Shown here: positions 18,423 through 28,718 of the stretch, one piece after another
Layout of the letters: each line of letters starts with the position of its first letter
How positions within the stretch are numbered: position 1 is the stretch's first letter
Virus record (IMG/VR): IMGVR_UViG_3300017788_003020
Coordinates: 1 to 64,000 of that record
DNA from: a virus
DNA length: 64,000 nucleotides
Strand: one strand, 5' to 3'
Position numbers and translations under genes: made by a program
Notes under the pieces: model-generated
The model's database searches: none
Told to the model about the DNA's origin: nothing
The model's input: only the letters and a program-made list of their open reading frames with translations

Positions 18423-19313
18423 ATGATTCAAAACACCAGAATACCTCAAGGGTATGATAGCCTAAAACGCTATAATGAAAGAGAGCAGTATGAAAATGCT
18501 ATCTTAGACTATTATCACAAAAACAAAAATTATCAAAACCTTGTTTTATGTGAAAATGGAGATTTCTTTTATATAGACTATTCTAATAGAGGCAAAGCCT
18601 TTGATAGAAAGGATAGTAACTATATTGGCTCTATTTATGATGATAAGATAAATTTCGCAACGGCTAAGTTCATCTATGATTATAATTATATGTCAAATTA
18701 TGATTGGGCAGTAAAACTTAAAAAGCATATTTCAAGATGGATTGATGAAATAAGAATAAAACAATCAAATAATACAGATTCTGTTTACTTAATGTTCAAA
18801 CTCCCACAGAATGAAAAGCAATATTCTGTTAGATTTTCAGACCATAGCGATAGAAAATTTATCGCAGATTTTAATTTTGCAATTCCTCTTGGTTCAAACT
18901 TAAATGGTAAAAATTGGGATGATTTGATTAATTGGTTTGATTTTTTGCTCAACAACAATATTGTTACCCTTAGTCAGCCTTATTTATACCATGCTACATA
19001 TGCTCCTTTAATTGAGAGTATTAAAAGAAATGGGATAGATAGTTCTTTATCTGAATTTAATTGGATAGACTCTAAAATAGGTGTGAATTATCTTTCAAGA
19101 GACCCTATGATGGCTTATAATTACGCAAAAGTTTCATCTATCGTTCCTGAGTCTTATTTAAGAGATATAGTCGTTTTGACTATTTCTTCAAGTAAATTAG
19201 ATAAAACTAAGTTGTTTTCGCCGACAAATACAACTTGTTTTGATGATAATTCTACGATTGAATGTAGAGATTTCATACCATATGAAAGTATATTAAAAAT
19301 TGAGAAGTATTGA
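18423..19313 (+). CDS. Early protein with C-terminal ADP-ribosyltransferase/KptA-like domain
   Basis: LYHAT...SIKRNGI...YLSRDPMMAYNYA...VVLTI...IPYESI; TTTG..TAGATTTG promoter. Confidence 0.6.
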   Translation: MIQNTRIPQGYDSLKRYNEREQYENAILDYYHKNKNYQNLVLCENGDFFYIDYSNRGKAFDRKDSNYIGSIYDDKINFATAKFIYDYNYMSNYDWAVKLKKHISRWIDEIRIKQSNNTDSVYLMFKLPQNEKQYSVRFSDHSDRKFIADFNFAIPLGSNLNGKNWDDLINWFDFLLNNNIVTLSQPYLYHATYAPLIESIKRNGIDSSLSEFNWIDSKIGVNYLSRDPMMAYNYAKVSSIVPESYLRDIVVLTISSSKLDKTKLFSPTNTTCFDDNSTIECRDFIPYESILKIEKY

Positions 19314-19343
19314 TTTGATATATAGAGAAAATAAATTTTTCCT

Positions 19344-20045
19344 ATGAAATATATCAAAATCTATGAATCTTGGGTAAATGAAGCAGAAGCCACAAAATTT
19401 GATGTAAGTAAGCCACAAGCATATCCTATGTTAAAAATAACACAAGGAGAACTTTATACAGGAAATGAAGAAAACTTCAGAAAAACCTTGGCAAGTCTTT
19501 ATAGCAGAGGTATAGAAAAGAAAGAAGTCAGTGAGACTGACCCATATGGTGTTATTAATTTTTTTAATATAAAGATAAAGTCAATAGATTCTAAAAAAAA
19601 CTCAATGTCTTTTAAGTTCGCAAAAGCCCAACAAGATGTTTCTATAACAACTGAATTGAAAGTTACCGCTGGATTTACAAGCGTGATGAATGAAATGGGA
19701 TATGATATAAAGTCCGAGTCGGGTTTAGAACAAATAAAAAATGCTTTTTTAGTTTATCCCAAAGCAACTGATAAATCAAAAGTAATCACAAAATCTGAAG
19801 ATGGTTCTATAAAAGTATCCACAGAATCCGCAGTCATAGTAATTTTACCCAAAGAACCTTACGATAAAGAAGACTTAGCTATAAATTTAGATAGTTTATG
19901 TATAGCAAAAGGAGAAGCGAAAGATTGTGTTGTAGGTCAATCTTCTGCTTATATTGCTCTTGAATTCAAAATTCCAGGTGCATTATCTTCAACTCAATAT
20001 GGGGATGATAAATTCTTCACAAAGACTATATTCAAAAAAGCGTAA
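19344..20045 (+). CDS. Leader-bearing putative virion cargo protein
   Basis: MKYIKIYESWVNEA; GATATATA at 19317. Confidence 0.75.
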   Translation: MKYIKIYESWVNEAEATKFDVSKPQAYPMLKITQGELYTGNEENFRKTLASLYSRGIEKKEVSETDPYGVINFFNIKIKSIDSKKNSMSFKFAKAQQDVSITTELKVTAGFTSVMNEMGYDIKSESGLEQIKNAFLVYPKATDKSKVITKSEDGSIKVSTESAVIVILPKEPYDKEDLAINLDSLCIAKGEAKDCVVGQSSAYIALEFKIPGALSSTQYGDDKFFTKTIFKKA

Positions 20046-20061
20046 AAATAATATTACTTAT

Positions 20062-20217
20062 ATGAATTACAATTCTGAATTTGATTTCGAAGATACAGGT
20101 GATTTAGTATGTTGGGATACTGTATATTATGCAACAACAACTTCAAACAAAAAGATAAATATAGTTTATACACAATCTGAAAAATCTGAACATCCCGTTG
20201 AACATAATCAAAAGTAA
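20062..20217 (+). CDS. Small hypothetical protein
   Basis: MNYNSEF... portion of ORF. Confidence 0.4.
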   Translation: MNYNSEFDFEDTGDLVCWDTVYYATTTSNKKINIVYTQSEKSEHPVEHNQK

Positions 20218-20273
20218 CAACTATATTCTGTAAATTGAGTTAATTTCTATAAACAGATTATATTGGTTAATTT

Positions 20274-20543
20274 ATGAAAGTATATGAGCCTCTTTGTTGG
20301 ATATGGGATGATTATTCAGCATCAACTATCGATGTAAAAGAAATGGGTCTTTATTCAACAATAGAACTCGCAAAAGAAAAGATTGAATCTTTCTACAAAG
20401 AAATGATGTCTCCCTCGGAAAAGGTATTAAGGCTAAATGAAGATATAAAAGTCCAAAATGAAGATAGATACAACCTATCTGTATTTACAAATAAATATGA
20501 ATTTCATTTTAGAGTTATAGAACGAGAACTCATTTTAGAATGA
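20274..20543 (+). CDS. Hypothetical protein
   Basis: ORF. Confidence 0.65.
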   Translation: MKVYEPLCWIWDDYSASTIDVKEMGLYSTIELAKEKIESFYKEMMSPSEKVLRLNEDIKVQNEDRYNLSVFTNKYEFHFRVIERELILE

Positions 20544-20579
20544 GTCTCTTAGATTAAATCACAGTTAAAGGAAAGCACT

Positions 20580-20831
20580 ATGATGCTTGACATTAAAAAT
20601 GACCATATGATGCGTATGGAGTTTGATGAAAATACCCTGTTAAAAATGGGTTTTACTATTTCTTATTTAGGTAAAGAAAATAGTTATACAATATCGACAA
20701 AACAAAAGGGAACTCATTTCATCTTGCAAAAGGATGGAACTTTGCTTGTTCATGATGAATACGATACAATCAAATTAGCTAAGGTAGAAAACTTAGAGGA
20801 ATTGAATCAGATTATTGGTCTCTTTTGCTGA
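20580..20831 (+). CDS. Hypothetical protein
   Basis: ORF followed by AAAACCCC/GGGGTTTT terminator. Confidence 0.65.
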   Translation: MMLDIKNDHMMRMEFDENTLLKMGFTISYLGKENSYTISTKQKGTHFILQKDGTLLVHDEYDTIKLAKVENLEELNQIIGLFC

Positions 20832-20891
20832 TTTTACTTTACATGTTTTGTAAAACAAAAACCCCAGAATTTCTGGGGTTTTCTTTTAATA

Positions 20892-21098
20892 TTAAAGTAT
20901 AGAACGAAATGTTCTGAAAACATTCCAAAAAATCGGAGCATATTTAATGATGATATATGCTGATGTTGAATAATATAATATGGATATAATTATAGATATA
21001 ACCCTAAGCTTTTTTTCCAAATCGGGTTTGTTTTTAATACGAATCTCTAAAAAAAGTTTAGCGATTGATATTACTGACAGAAATAACAGTAAAAGCAT
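20892..21098 (-). CDS. Small two-TM membrane protein
   Basis: Two hydrophobic segments. Confidence 0.45.
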   Translation of the reverse strand: MLLLLFLSVISIAKLFLEIRIKNKPDLEKKLRVISIIISILYYSTSAYIIIKYAPIFWNVFRTFRSIL

Positions 21099-21165
21099 GA
21101 TATTTGATATTTTTAATTTGAACTTTTCTATTTAGAATATATACCAGCAAACAAATAAAGTTCTT

Positions 21166-21516
21166 ATGAAATCAAAAAAATACATATTTAAGTATGAAGA
21201 GTTACATGAAACAATACATAGAACTCTTACAAAATTAAAGCTCATAATAACAGCAGAAACAATACTATTCAAAGATAAAGAATTCAGAAATGGACTAAAC
21301 AATACTTTATACAGAAATGCCCTTTCTTACAAATTAGTTGAGTCTTACCCTAATAAATTAATATACTCAATTCAAATAGACTACAGTAAATTCAAAATTT
21401 TAACTGATTTTTCAAATAACATAACAAGAGACATAAATGTAATGTTAGATACAAAAGGATTAAAGGGGGCAGAATCTTCAGTAGACCATCACAGGATTTG
21501 GATAAAACTTCCATAA
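21166..21516 (+). CDS. Hypothetical protein with leader-like N-terminus
   Basis: MKSKKYIFKYEELHE; AATATATA at 21136. Confidence 0.65.
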   Translation: MKSKKYIFKYEELHETIHRTLTKLKLIITAETILFKDKEFRNGLNNTLYRNALSYKLVESYPNKLIYSIQIDYSKFKILTDFSNNITRDINVMLDTKGLKGAESSVDHHRIWIKLP

Positions 21517-21584
21517 TTTTTTTTGAACTAAATCGGCTATTTTTCTATAAATAATAAGTATTAACTTAAAATATAAGGTAAGCT

Positions 21585-22532
21585 ATGCCTCAAGGTTCTT
21601 ATTTAGATTCCAAATTTTATATTCTGTTGATTGAAAACAAATACTTTCTAACTTCTGAATTGTATAGAAAGGAAAAACCTCTCGATGAGTTTTTTTCAAA
21701 TAGATGTTTTTTAACAACTGAGTCTGATATTATTTCTGCGGTTTCAATCTATAAAAGCATCAAAGATAAAGTTTCAGCTTCTATGTATATGTATACTTAT
21801 GATTCTGAGGCTATTACAAAATCAAGAAAAATTCTTGAAGATTTTGAAATAGATAATCTTATGGATAATGTCTTATCTCATTATATCCCTGATGTTTTTT
21901 CTTTACAGCCCATAATCAAAGAGATTACATTGGAATCTTTAAGAAGCACAGAAATCTATAAAATGCTATGCGAAGCTCATACTTCACCAGAAGGAAATCT
22001 ATTAGAGAATATTGTAAACTTAGAAACAACAAATGCTCAAATTTCCTTTTTTAAGTATGCCTTAAATATAATAAAGAATCAAAATATTGAAGGTTGTCTT
22101 TTAGAAGTAGGGACAAATAAAGGATTCTTTGGATATATTGCTTCAACTATTTTGGGAAAAAGAACTTTGCATACAGTAGATGTAAATATGGAAAGTTCGA
22201 AGGTAGTTCCAATTCTTGCAAAAATGGGTATGAATGTTATATTTAACTGTGGTGATTCAACACATATATTAAATAACTACACGATAGACGAACCTGTAGC
22301 ATTTGCTTGGGTAGATGGTGGTCATAAATACGAAGAAGCTTTATCTGATTTAAGAAATGCCGCAAGACTTGGGGCAAAATACATTGCTCTGGATGATGTT
22401 AAATTTTTCCGTGGTAAAGTAAATACCGCATATATTGATTTCTTGACTGAACATCAAGAATATATGAACATAGATAATCCTTATTGGGAACATGATGATG
22501 TTGGAATAGCTTGGTGTAAATTAACAGATTAA
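21585..22532 (+). CDS. Class I SAM-dependent methyltransferase (Methyltransf_24-like)
   Basis: LLEVGTNKG, GDS, WVDGGHKYE..LSDL, LDD. Confidence 0.85.
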   Translation: MPQGSYLDSKFYILLIENKYFLTSELYRKEKPLDEFFSNRCFLTTESDIISAVSIYKSIKDKVSASMYMYTYDSEAITKSRKILEDFEIDNLMDNVLSHYIPDVFSLQPIIKEITLESLRSTEIYKMLCEAHTSPEGNLLENIVNLETTNAQISFFKYALNIIKNQNIEGCLLEVGTNKGFFGYIASTILGKRTLHTVDVNMESSKVVPILAKMGMNVIFNCGDSTHILNNYTIDEPVAFAWVDGGHKYEEALSDLRNAARLGAKYIALDDVKFFRGKVNTAYIDFLTEHQEYMNIDNPYWEHDDVGIAWCKLTD

Positions 22533-22533
22533 T

Positions 22534-22857
22534 TCACATCTTATCTTCATAATAAAATGAAGTAAACTTTTTTATTGTGATTAAACCAAATTTTTCGGCT
22601 ACTTTCACGATATAGAGCTTAGAAATCTTATTATGAATATTTTGCATCATAGACTTGAATTTGAATATATTTGAATGCCCCTTATAGTGATTACATATTT
22701 CACAACTTGGCATTAAATTTTCAAATTCCTCAGTTCCACCTAATTTTTTAGGAATAAAGTGGTCAATTTTTAAGTCTTTATATTCTAAATAATTACCACA
22801 ATAAGCACATTTTCCATCAAATTTTCTGTACACTAATTTTCTTAAATCTTTATTCAT
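22534..22857 (-). CDS. HNH endonuclease
   Basis: CAYCG...IDHFIP...NLMPSCEICNHYK. Confidence 0.9.
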   Translation of the reverse strand: MNKDLRKLVYRKFDGKCAYCGNYLEYKDLKIDHFIPKKLGGTEEFENLMPSCEICNHYKGHSNIFKFKSMMQNIHNKISKLYIVKVAEKFGLITIKKFTSFYYEDKM

Positions 22858-22884
22858 AAAAGAAAGTTTTTGTATATTGCTCAC

Positions 22885-23061
22885 ATGGAACATTTACTCT
22901 ATATACTTCAATCTATACAGACTTTTCTTAAGTCAAGGGAGTTTGTGGATTATAACATTTATTTTTGTGTTTTTGTGATAAGCATGTTTTTTTATTTGTT
23001 CGTAGCTTATCCAATACTGTTAAATTATATAAAAAAGGAAAAAGATTATGCAGATGATTAA
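22885..23061 (+). CDS. Small membrane protein
   Basis: One TM helix; overlaps start of next gene. Confidence 0.45.
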   Translation: MEHLLYILQSIQTFLKSREFVDYNIYFCVFVISMFFYLFVAYPILLNYIKKEKDYADD

Positions 23062-23299
23062 AGAAAAAATAGTAAGATTCGTAGAGGCATTTGAGTTTGT
23101 TCAAAAACATCAAATTTTGAATGCTTTAGAGATGTATAATGTAGAACGAGTTCAAAATTGTATAAATGAACTGGTTAGCGAAGATGCTCTTGCTATGAAA
23201 GAAAATCCAATTGATGGGACTTGGCATTACTATCTTTCTTATATGTACAAGAATAGTCCAAATTTTAATTATCTAAAACCGCTCGATAAACAAATTTAA
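23048..23299 (+). CDS. Hypothetical protein
   Basis: ORF. Confidence 0.6.
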   Translation: MQMIKEKIVRFVEAFEFVQKHQILNALEMYNVERVQNCINELVSEDALAMKENPIDGTWHYYLSYMYKNSPNFNYLKPLDKQI

Positions 23300-23302
23300 G
23301 TT

Positions 23303-24379
23303 TCATCTGGGTAAAGAAAGAGCATGGGGTCTACTTTCATTTATAGATGAATTAGAAACTCTAACATAAGTTGCATTTGTATAAAGGCCAGATAACTTAT
23401 TCACACCTGAATAAGAGCAACCGCTCCCTATACTACCTATTATTGACCTCATAGAGTCTCTCAGAGCCCCTTTATATGGAACAACGGTAGAAACTCCCTC
23501 TGAGACAGAAACTCCCCCCAGCCAGTCTTCTTGGGCTTCTTTTGAAGCCATGCCTCTAAATTCCTTCATTGGCGAATTATAGCCATCTCGAATGAGTTCT
23601 CCTGGTGATTCATCATAACCACTCAATAAAGAACCAAGCATAACAGCAGAAGCACCAAATGCAAATGCTTTTACCATATCACCTGTATTTCTTATACCAC
23701 CATCTGCTATAATAGAATATAATCCATCTTTTTTATTAAAAATCTCTTCATGATGCTTACAATCCATAATAGAAGAAAGAGTAGGCATTCCGTGGCCTGT
23801 TACTATTCTTGTTGTGCAAGCACTACCGCCTCCTATCCCAACTCTAACTGAATCAGCACCAGCATTGATTAAATCAATATAAGCTTCATAGGTTGATACA
23901 TTACCGCACATGATATGAATATGAGGGTTAACTATTTTTCGAAGCTCTGTGACCGATTCTAATGCCCTTTTTGCATGTCCATTTGCAGTATCTATGCAGA
24001 TAACATTTGAACCAGCATCTAATAAACTATAGATTATAGATTTATCTTTTGCTTCCAATAAAGAAACAGCTATTCCTTTATTGCCCTCTACTTTTTTCAA
24101 ATTTTCTATTCTCTTTTCCACCTCCATGAATCTATGAATTATGCCAATAGCTCCAGCTTTACTTAATTCTTGAGCCATTTTATATTCACATACAGTATCC
24201 ATAGGAGATGCTATAATAGGAACTTTAAGAGAAATTATGGCTTTCTCATTTTTTTCATGACCTAATTTCATCTCTAAATCAACGGAAAAACGGCTTTCTA
24301 CGTTTGACTTAGATTGGGGGAGAAGTAAAACATCATCAAAACATAATGCTAATTCAGTTTGTAAATTCTTTTCTCTCAT
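23303..24379 (-). CDS. IMP dehydrogenase / GMP reductase family (no CBS domains)
   Basis: FDDVLLLP, SPMDTV, GIGGGSACTTR, ADGG, FRGMAS, EGV. Confidence 0.92.
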   Translation of the reverse strand: MREKNLQTELALCFDDVLLLPQSKSNVESRFSVDLEMKLGHEKNEKAIISLKVPIIASPMDTVCEYKMAQELSKAGAIGIIHRFMEVEKRIENLKKVEGNKGIAVSLLEAKDKSIIYSLLDAGSNVICIDTANGHAKRALESVTELRKIVNPHIHIMCGNVSTYEAYIDLINAGADSVRVGIGGGSACTTRIVTGHGMPTLSSIMDCKHHEEIFNKKDGLYSIIADGGIRNTGDMVKAFAFGASAVMLGSLLSGYDESPGELIRDGYNSPMKEFRGMASKEAQEDWLGGVSVSEGVSTVVPYKGALRDSMRSIIGSIGSGCSYSGVNKLSGLYTNATYVRVSNSSINESRPHALSLPR

Positions 24380-24511
24380 GTTTTTGTTTTGCTATTTTTA
24401 TGAAACATATCAGGTCTGTAGATTTATAGAGTTGTTCGGAAAGTTTGTTTATTCTTAAAAAAATTTAGATATATAGGACTATAGATAAAAAACTAAAAAA
24501 ACCTTATTTTT

Positions 24512-24793
24512 ATGGGAAATGTTCTTAAATTCGAGGACTATGTTCTTAACGAAGCGAAGAAAACGGTATCTAAAGTAAATGTTAAAGAAGGAAAAATGCA
24601 TAAACTTTTGGGAGTTCCTTCTGGAGAAAAGATTGAAGACCATTACAAAACAGGTATGGAATTAGCAAAAGCTTTGGTTAAAGCTCTTAAAGGAGACCAG
24701 AAAAAAGCGGCTGGAATGCTTGCTTGGGCGGCTAATATCCAAAAGCGTGGAGATATTTTCGATAATGCTTTGGCCTCATTAAAAAAAATCTAA
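24512..24793 (+). CDS. Small basic leader-bearing protein
   Basis: MGNVLKFEDYVLNEA; GATATATA at 24468. Confidence 0.75.
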   Translation: MGNVLKFEDYVLNEAKKTVSKVNVKEGKMHKLLGVPSGEKIEDHYKTGMELAKALVKALKGDQKKAAGMLAWAANIQKRGDIFDNALASLKKI

Positions 24794-24798
24794 TAGAA

Positions 24799-25689
24799 AT
24801 GTCTGTATATTCATTTGAACAATGGAATCTTAACGAAAAATCAGGTAAAAAGAAAGCTACGCCTGAAAAAAGCTTGATGGACACCATCTCAAATCTTATG
24901 CCTAATAAGCAACCCGCAGTTTCTACTGAGGTAGCGAGGAGATTTAAGTTTTTAGATTTTGAAGAAAAGGAAAAAGGCGCAAAGACTGTTGAACAAATGA
25001 AACTAATAAAGGATGTAGATTTCTTTTTGAAAACTTTCAAATACATAGAGTCTTTGAAAGTTTTAGTTAATCCAGAAGTAGCGAAACAAGGATTGAACTT
25101 TGAAAATCAAATTCCAAATTACGCATATGATTATGGTAATTTACCTGACCTTATAAACTTGCCCGTTGATTTGACGAAATATATTGTTCGCTTCTTTATG
25201 ACGGCGGGTTTATCTAAAAGCGGTGCAGTTGCGTTGGCTGCTAACTTTTGGAAAGAATCGAGATTCAATCCGCATCAAAATCAAATTGGGGGAGGACCTG
25301 GATTTGGTTTAGCACAATGGGGCAAAACGGATAGATGGAGTAGATTCGTTAACTCTTTCCTTTCGGTGTTTAGAAGCTCAGACCCAAAGTTCTCTTCTAT
25401 GAATAAAGAAGATTTAGATGCACAATTAAGTTATACGATATATGAACTAAAGACATTCTATAATGATGTATATTTAGAACTATTGAAGCCATATAGATTA
25501 GAGTCAAAGGTTATCTTGATTATGAAGAAATATGAAGTATGTAGAGATAGAGATAAACCAGAGGAACAAAGAGAAAGATTTGACATATCAAAGAACATAG
25601 CTGTTATTATAGCTTTTGACCATTGGATAGATATTATAGAGAAGTCTATTTTTGTTTTGAAAGATTTAGACTTAGGGAAATTCTATTAA
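24799..25689 (+). CDS. Phage tail-lysozyme-type (Phage_lysozyme2) protein with leader
   Basis: GAVALAANFWKESRFNP...GFGLAQW...R...AQLSY..YEL; MSVYSFEQWNLNE. Confidence 0.8.
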   Translation: MSVYSFEQWNLNEKSGKKKATPEKSLMDTISNLMPNKQPAVSTEVARRFKFLDFEEKEKGAKTVEQMKLIKDVDFFLKTFKYIESLKVLVNPEVAKQGLNFENQIPNYAYDYGNLPDLINLPVDLTKYIVRFFMTAGLSKSGAVALAANFWKESRFNPHQNQIGGGPGFGLAQWGKTDRWSRFVNSFLSVFRSSDPKFSSMNKEDLDAQLSYTIYELKTFYNDVYLELLKPYRLESKVILIMKKYEVCRDRDKPEEQRERFDISKNIAVIIAFDHWIDIIEKSIFVLKDLDLGKFY

Positions 25690-25711
25690 AATTAATAGAC
25701 CGCGAAAACAC

Positions 25712-25852
25712 TTGCTTTTTATCGAATATTCCTTTATATTTGTGTTATGAAAGAAATTTTAATCTATTTTATGCTCTAAAATGTCGAAAATCACCAAAAA
25801 GAAAAAAAGTTTCAGATTTTCCTTGCTTTATCGAAAAAACCCCTTATATTTG
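25712..25852 (+). promoter_or_regulatory. Two tandem host-type promoters for HU
   Basis: TTG-N20-TATATTTG (25712-25742) and TTG-N19-TATATTTG (25823-25852), similar in sequence. Confidence 0.75.
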
Positions 25853-25952
25853 CAGTTGTGAATCGGAAAGTTGATATACAGAACGAAAGAATTTTTAACA
25901 ATACATATACCAAAATGGTATAATTTTCATTTTCATTTTTTGGAGTTATTTT

Positions 25953-26237
25953 ATGAATAAGACAGAATTGATTAAATCAATCGTCGAAAAGTCTGGTCAA
26001 GACAAAAAAACAGTAGATGCTGTTTTAGGTGCTCTTGATGAAATCGTGAAGACAAGTGCTTCTAATGGAGACTCAGTCCCAGTAGCAGGTCTTGGAATCT
26101 TCAAGGTCTCTGATAGACCTGCGAGAACAGCACGCAATCCTATGACTGGTGAGACTGTTCAAGTCCCAGCAAAAAGAGTTGCGAAATTTGCAGTATCAAA
26201 ATCCCTCAAGGATATTGTTGCTGGAAATTCTAAATAA
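25953..26237 (+). CDS. hup: HU-family DNA-binding protein
   Basis: MNKTELI...GLGIF...RPARTARNPMTGE...KF..SK.LKD. Confidence 0.95.
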   Translation: MNKTELIKSIVEKSGQDKKTVDAVLGALDEIVKTSASNGDSVPVAGLGIFKVSDRPARTARNPMTGETVQVPAKRVAKFAVSKSLKDIVAGNSK

Positions 26238-26369
26238 ATAAGATGGGGCTTTTCTTCATCGAAGAAGAGCCCTATACTTTACCCCACCTGTATAACTTCG
26301 GACAAAGTTATATTGAACCTCAAATAGTCCACTATATTAATATTGTATTTGTAATTAGGTAAAAACACT

Positions 26370-27377
26370 ATGGAAAATCAAACAAAAAATCAGAGAAATT
26401 TGAAAATTGGCGTATTTTATGATGGTAATTTCGTAAATCATGTTTCAGATTATTACGCATTTAGACATCCAATAAAAAGTAGGCTATCTCTAAAGGGATT
26501 GGAAGAATATATCATAGCCGAAATAGCAAAAAGAGAAAATTTGGATTCTACTTTTAATTGTAAAATTATTGAATCACATGTGTATAGAGGGCGCTCAACA
26601 GCCCGAGAAGCAGATGAAAGAGATGTTCTCTATGGAGAACGTGTATTTGATGATGCTTGTATGTATGATGGGATTACTACCCACTATCTTCCTATCAAAA
26701 TCCAAAATGGAAGAATTCAAAATAAAGGTATAGATGTTTGGATGGCATTGGATGCATATGAATTAACATCTATGAAAGATTTGGATGTAGTTGTATTGGT
26801 GACAAGCGATACTGACTTCAAACCGCTTATTAGAAAATTGCACTCTTTGAATGCTAAAACATTGCTTTTAGGTTGGAATTTTGAATGGGAAGGAGAAGGT
26901 GGCCCTTATATTTCAAGAACATCGAGAGAATTGACAGAATCTGTTAATTGGTTTATTGATGTTGCATCAAAGGTTAATGAAGATTCAGAAGGAATGAAGA
27001 AAATTTTTGTTCCAAAGATAGAAAGAGAATATAAAGAAAATTCAGAAGAGTATTCAACTCAAACATATTCTGCAAGACAAAGATTTTCAAAATACCCTAA
27101 GCCAGATGAAGTTCAAAATTCAGATATTCCTTTTGACCCAGATAATAGAATAGAGTCTGAGATTTTGAATATAAAGAATGGTTTTGGTTTTATATTATAT
27201 CCACCGAGTAATATATTCTTCCACGCCTCAGATGTTATAGACGGAGCCTTTAATCATTTAGAAGAAGGCGATGCTGTGGAATTTCAAATTTATACAAAAC
27301 CGAATGGTGAGATAGTAGCAAAGCATATTAAGCTATTATTCGGTAATGATGGAATGAATCATAGTTATTCTATGTGA
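26370..27377 (+). CDS. NYN (LabA/DUF88) nuclease domain plus cold-shock domain
   Basis: VFYDGN, KGIDV..ALD, SDTDFKPL; GFGFI...IFFH.SD. Confidence 0.88.
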   Translation: MENQTKNQRNLKIGVFYDGNFVNHVSDYYAFRHPIKSRLSLKGLEEYIIAEIAKRENLDSTFNCKIIESHVYRGRSTAREADERDVLYGERVFDDACMYDGITTHYLPIKIQNGRIQNKGIDVWMALDAYELTSMKDLDVVVLVTSDTDFKPLIRKLHSLNAKTLLLGWNFEWEGEGGPYISRTSRELTESVNWFIDVASKVNEDSEGMKKIFVPKIEREYKENSEEYSTQTYSARQRFSKYPKPDEVQNSDIPFDPDNRIESEILNIKNGFGFILYPPSNIFFHASDVIDGAFNHLEEGDAVEFQIYTKPNGEIVAKHIKLLFGNDGMNHSYSM

Positions 27378-27422
27378 TGGCTTCCCACAATCACCACCAC
27401 TAAGACAAAAAAACCCATTCAG

Positions 27423-28718
27423 TTATCTGATTGGGTTTTTTGTTATTATTCCTAATCCGTTGTATAAAGGATAATAGTAGTAATGCATGTTATATTTTCT
27501 TGCCAAGTCTTTTACTGCCACATTTACTTCTTCAAAGCTAACAACATCATGAAAAACAACAAAATCAGAATGTTTCAAAGCCCAATCTCCAGCTGAGAAT
27601 GTGTTTTTATAATCATGGATTATATCAATATGGACAAAATCAAATCTTTCTTCATCTGCTATTGTTTTAGACCATGATTCCCAATCTGATTTGATTAAGG
27701 TTATATTTGAGAAGTCTCTTAAACATTCTTTTGTATGTTCGAAGTGATTTTCTTTTACTCCACTATGTATGTCGCCAGTGAATGTATCGATTCCTATAAC
27801 TTCTTTGAAGCAACCAGAGAATACGGATGTGCTATATCCCCACTCTACTCCAAATTCTAATGCTTTATTCGGATTGATATTAAAATCCCGAATCATAGGC
27901 TCCATTATTCTCTCAAGACCAACCCAAGCAGATATAACATCATACTTAGGCTTATTCCAAGATTCTTCAATTGTTTTATACTCTATTCTTTCTATTTCTT
28001 TATACTCTTCAAATTCTATGTAATTGTCAAATGTATATTCTTTCTCATAATGATTTACATTAGAATTATGGGCTTCATACATTCTGGCATTATCTCCGCT
28101 ACCAATCCAAAACTCAGAATAAACTCTGTCATCTTTTCTTCCGAGGTCTTCAAGAAAATATTCTTTTTTTAACGATGAAAGATATTTTGTAGTTGCCCAC
28201 CAAAAATTACCGCTATAGTGGATGTGATAACCATAATAATCATTAGCTTCTCTTAGATTTACACCATAAGAATCCCACAAACCACTGGACAGAACTACTT
28301 CTGCGTTTTTCCATAAGTTTATGTTGAAATGTTCCATGTACTTACGCCAAGCGATTTGTTTTCTCCTAAAACTTCCAGATAAAGAATAGTCTTCTTCAAG
28401 AAAATACGATATTCCTTTTGTATGCATATAGAGAATCATTTCATTCTCTTCTCTTTCTTTTGCAAATTCATTTATTCTTGATAAAGTAGTTCTTTCTGCT
28501 AAATATTCATTTTCATCCAGAATAACTTTTATTTTTTCAAATTTTGAAGTTAAATTCAAAAGCCACTCTAAATTACTTTTATCTGAACATAAAAGTATTA
28601 TGTTTAAGGATTCTATTTTATCATAAAGGCCACTTTCAAATACTCTTGAAAGTTGTTCCTGAACTAAATCGCACCAGTTAAATCTGGGAAAAATATGATA
28701 GAATATGTGTTTTTTCAT
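27423..28718 (-). CDS. Glycosyltransferase-like domain fused to SAM methyltransferase
   Basis: LYMHTKG...HYSGNFWW; LEFGVEWGYS, IDTF, HIDIIHDY, FHD. Confidence 0.75.
   Translation of the reverse strand: MKKHIFYHIFPRFNWCDLVQEQLSRVFESGLYDKIESLNIILLCSDKSNLEWLLNLTSKFEKIKVILDENEYLAERTTLSRINEFAKEREENEMILYMHTKGISYFLEEDYSLSGSFRRKQIAWRKYMEHFNINLWKNAEVVLSSGLWDSYGVNLREANDYYGYHIHYSGNFWWATTKYLSSLKKEYFLEDLGRKDDRVYSEFWIGSGDNARMYEAHNSNVNHYEKEYTFDNYIEFEEYKEIERIEYKTIEESWNKPKYDVISAWVGLERIMEPMIRDFNINPNKALEFGVEWGYSTSVFSGCFKEVIGIDTFTGDIHSGVKENHFEHTKECLRDFSNITLIKSDWESWSKTIADEERFDFVHIDIIHDYKNTFSAGDWALKHSDFVVFHDVVSFEEVNVAVKDLARKYNMHYYYYPLYNGLGIITKNPIR

Noticed and set aside
22534-22857. HNH gene as an intron-encoded homing endonuclease
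   Set aside because: Free-standing; neighbouring genes are uninterrupted and no group I core is evident.
25623-25874. 83-aa ORF
   Set aside because: Overlaps the lysozyme end and spans two tandem promoters; likely spurious.
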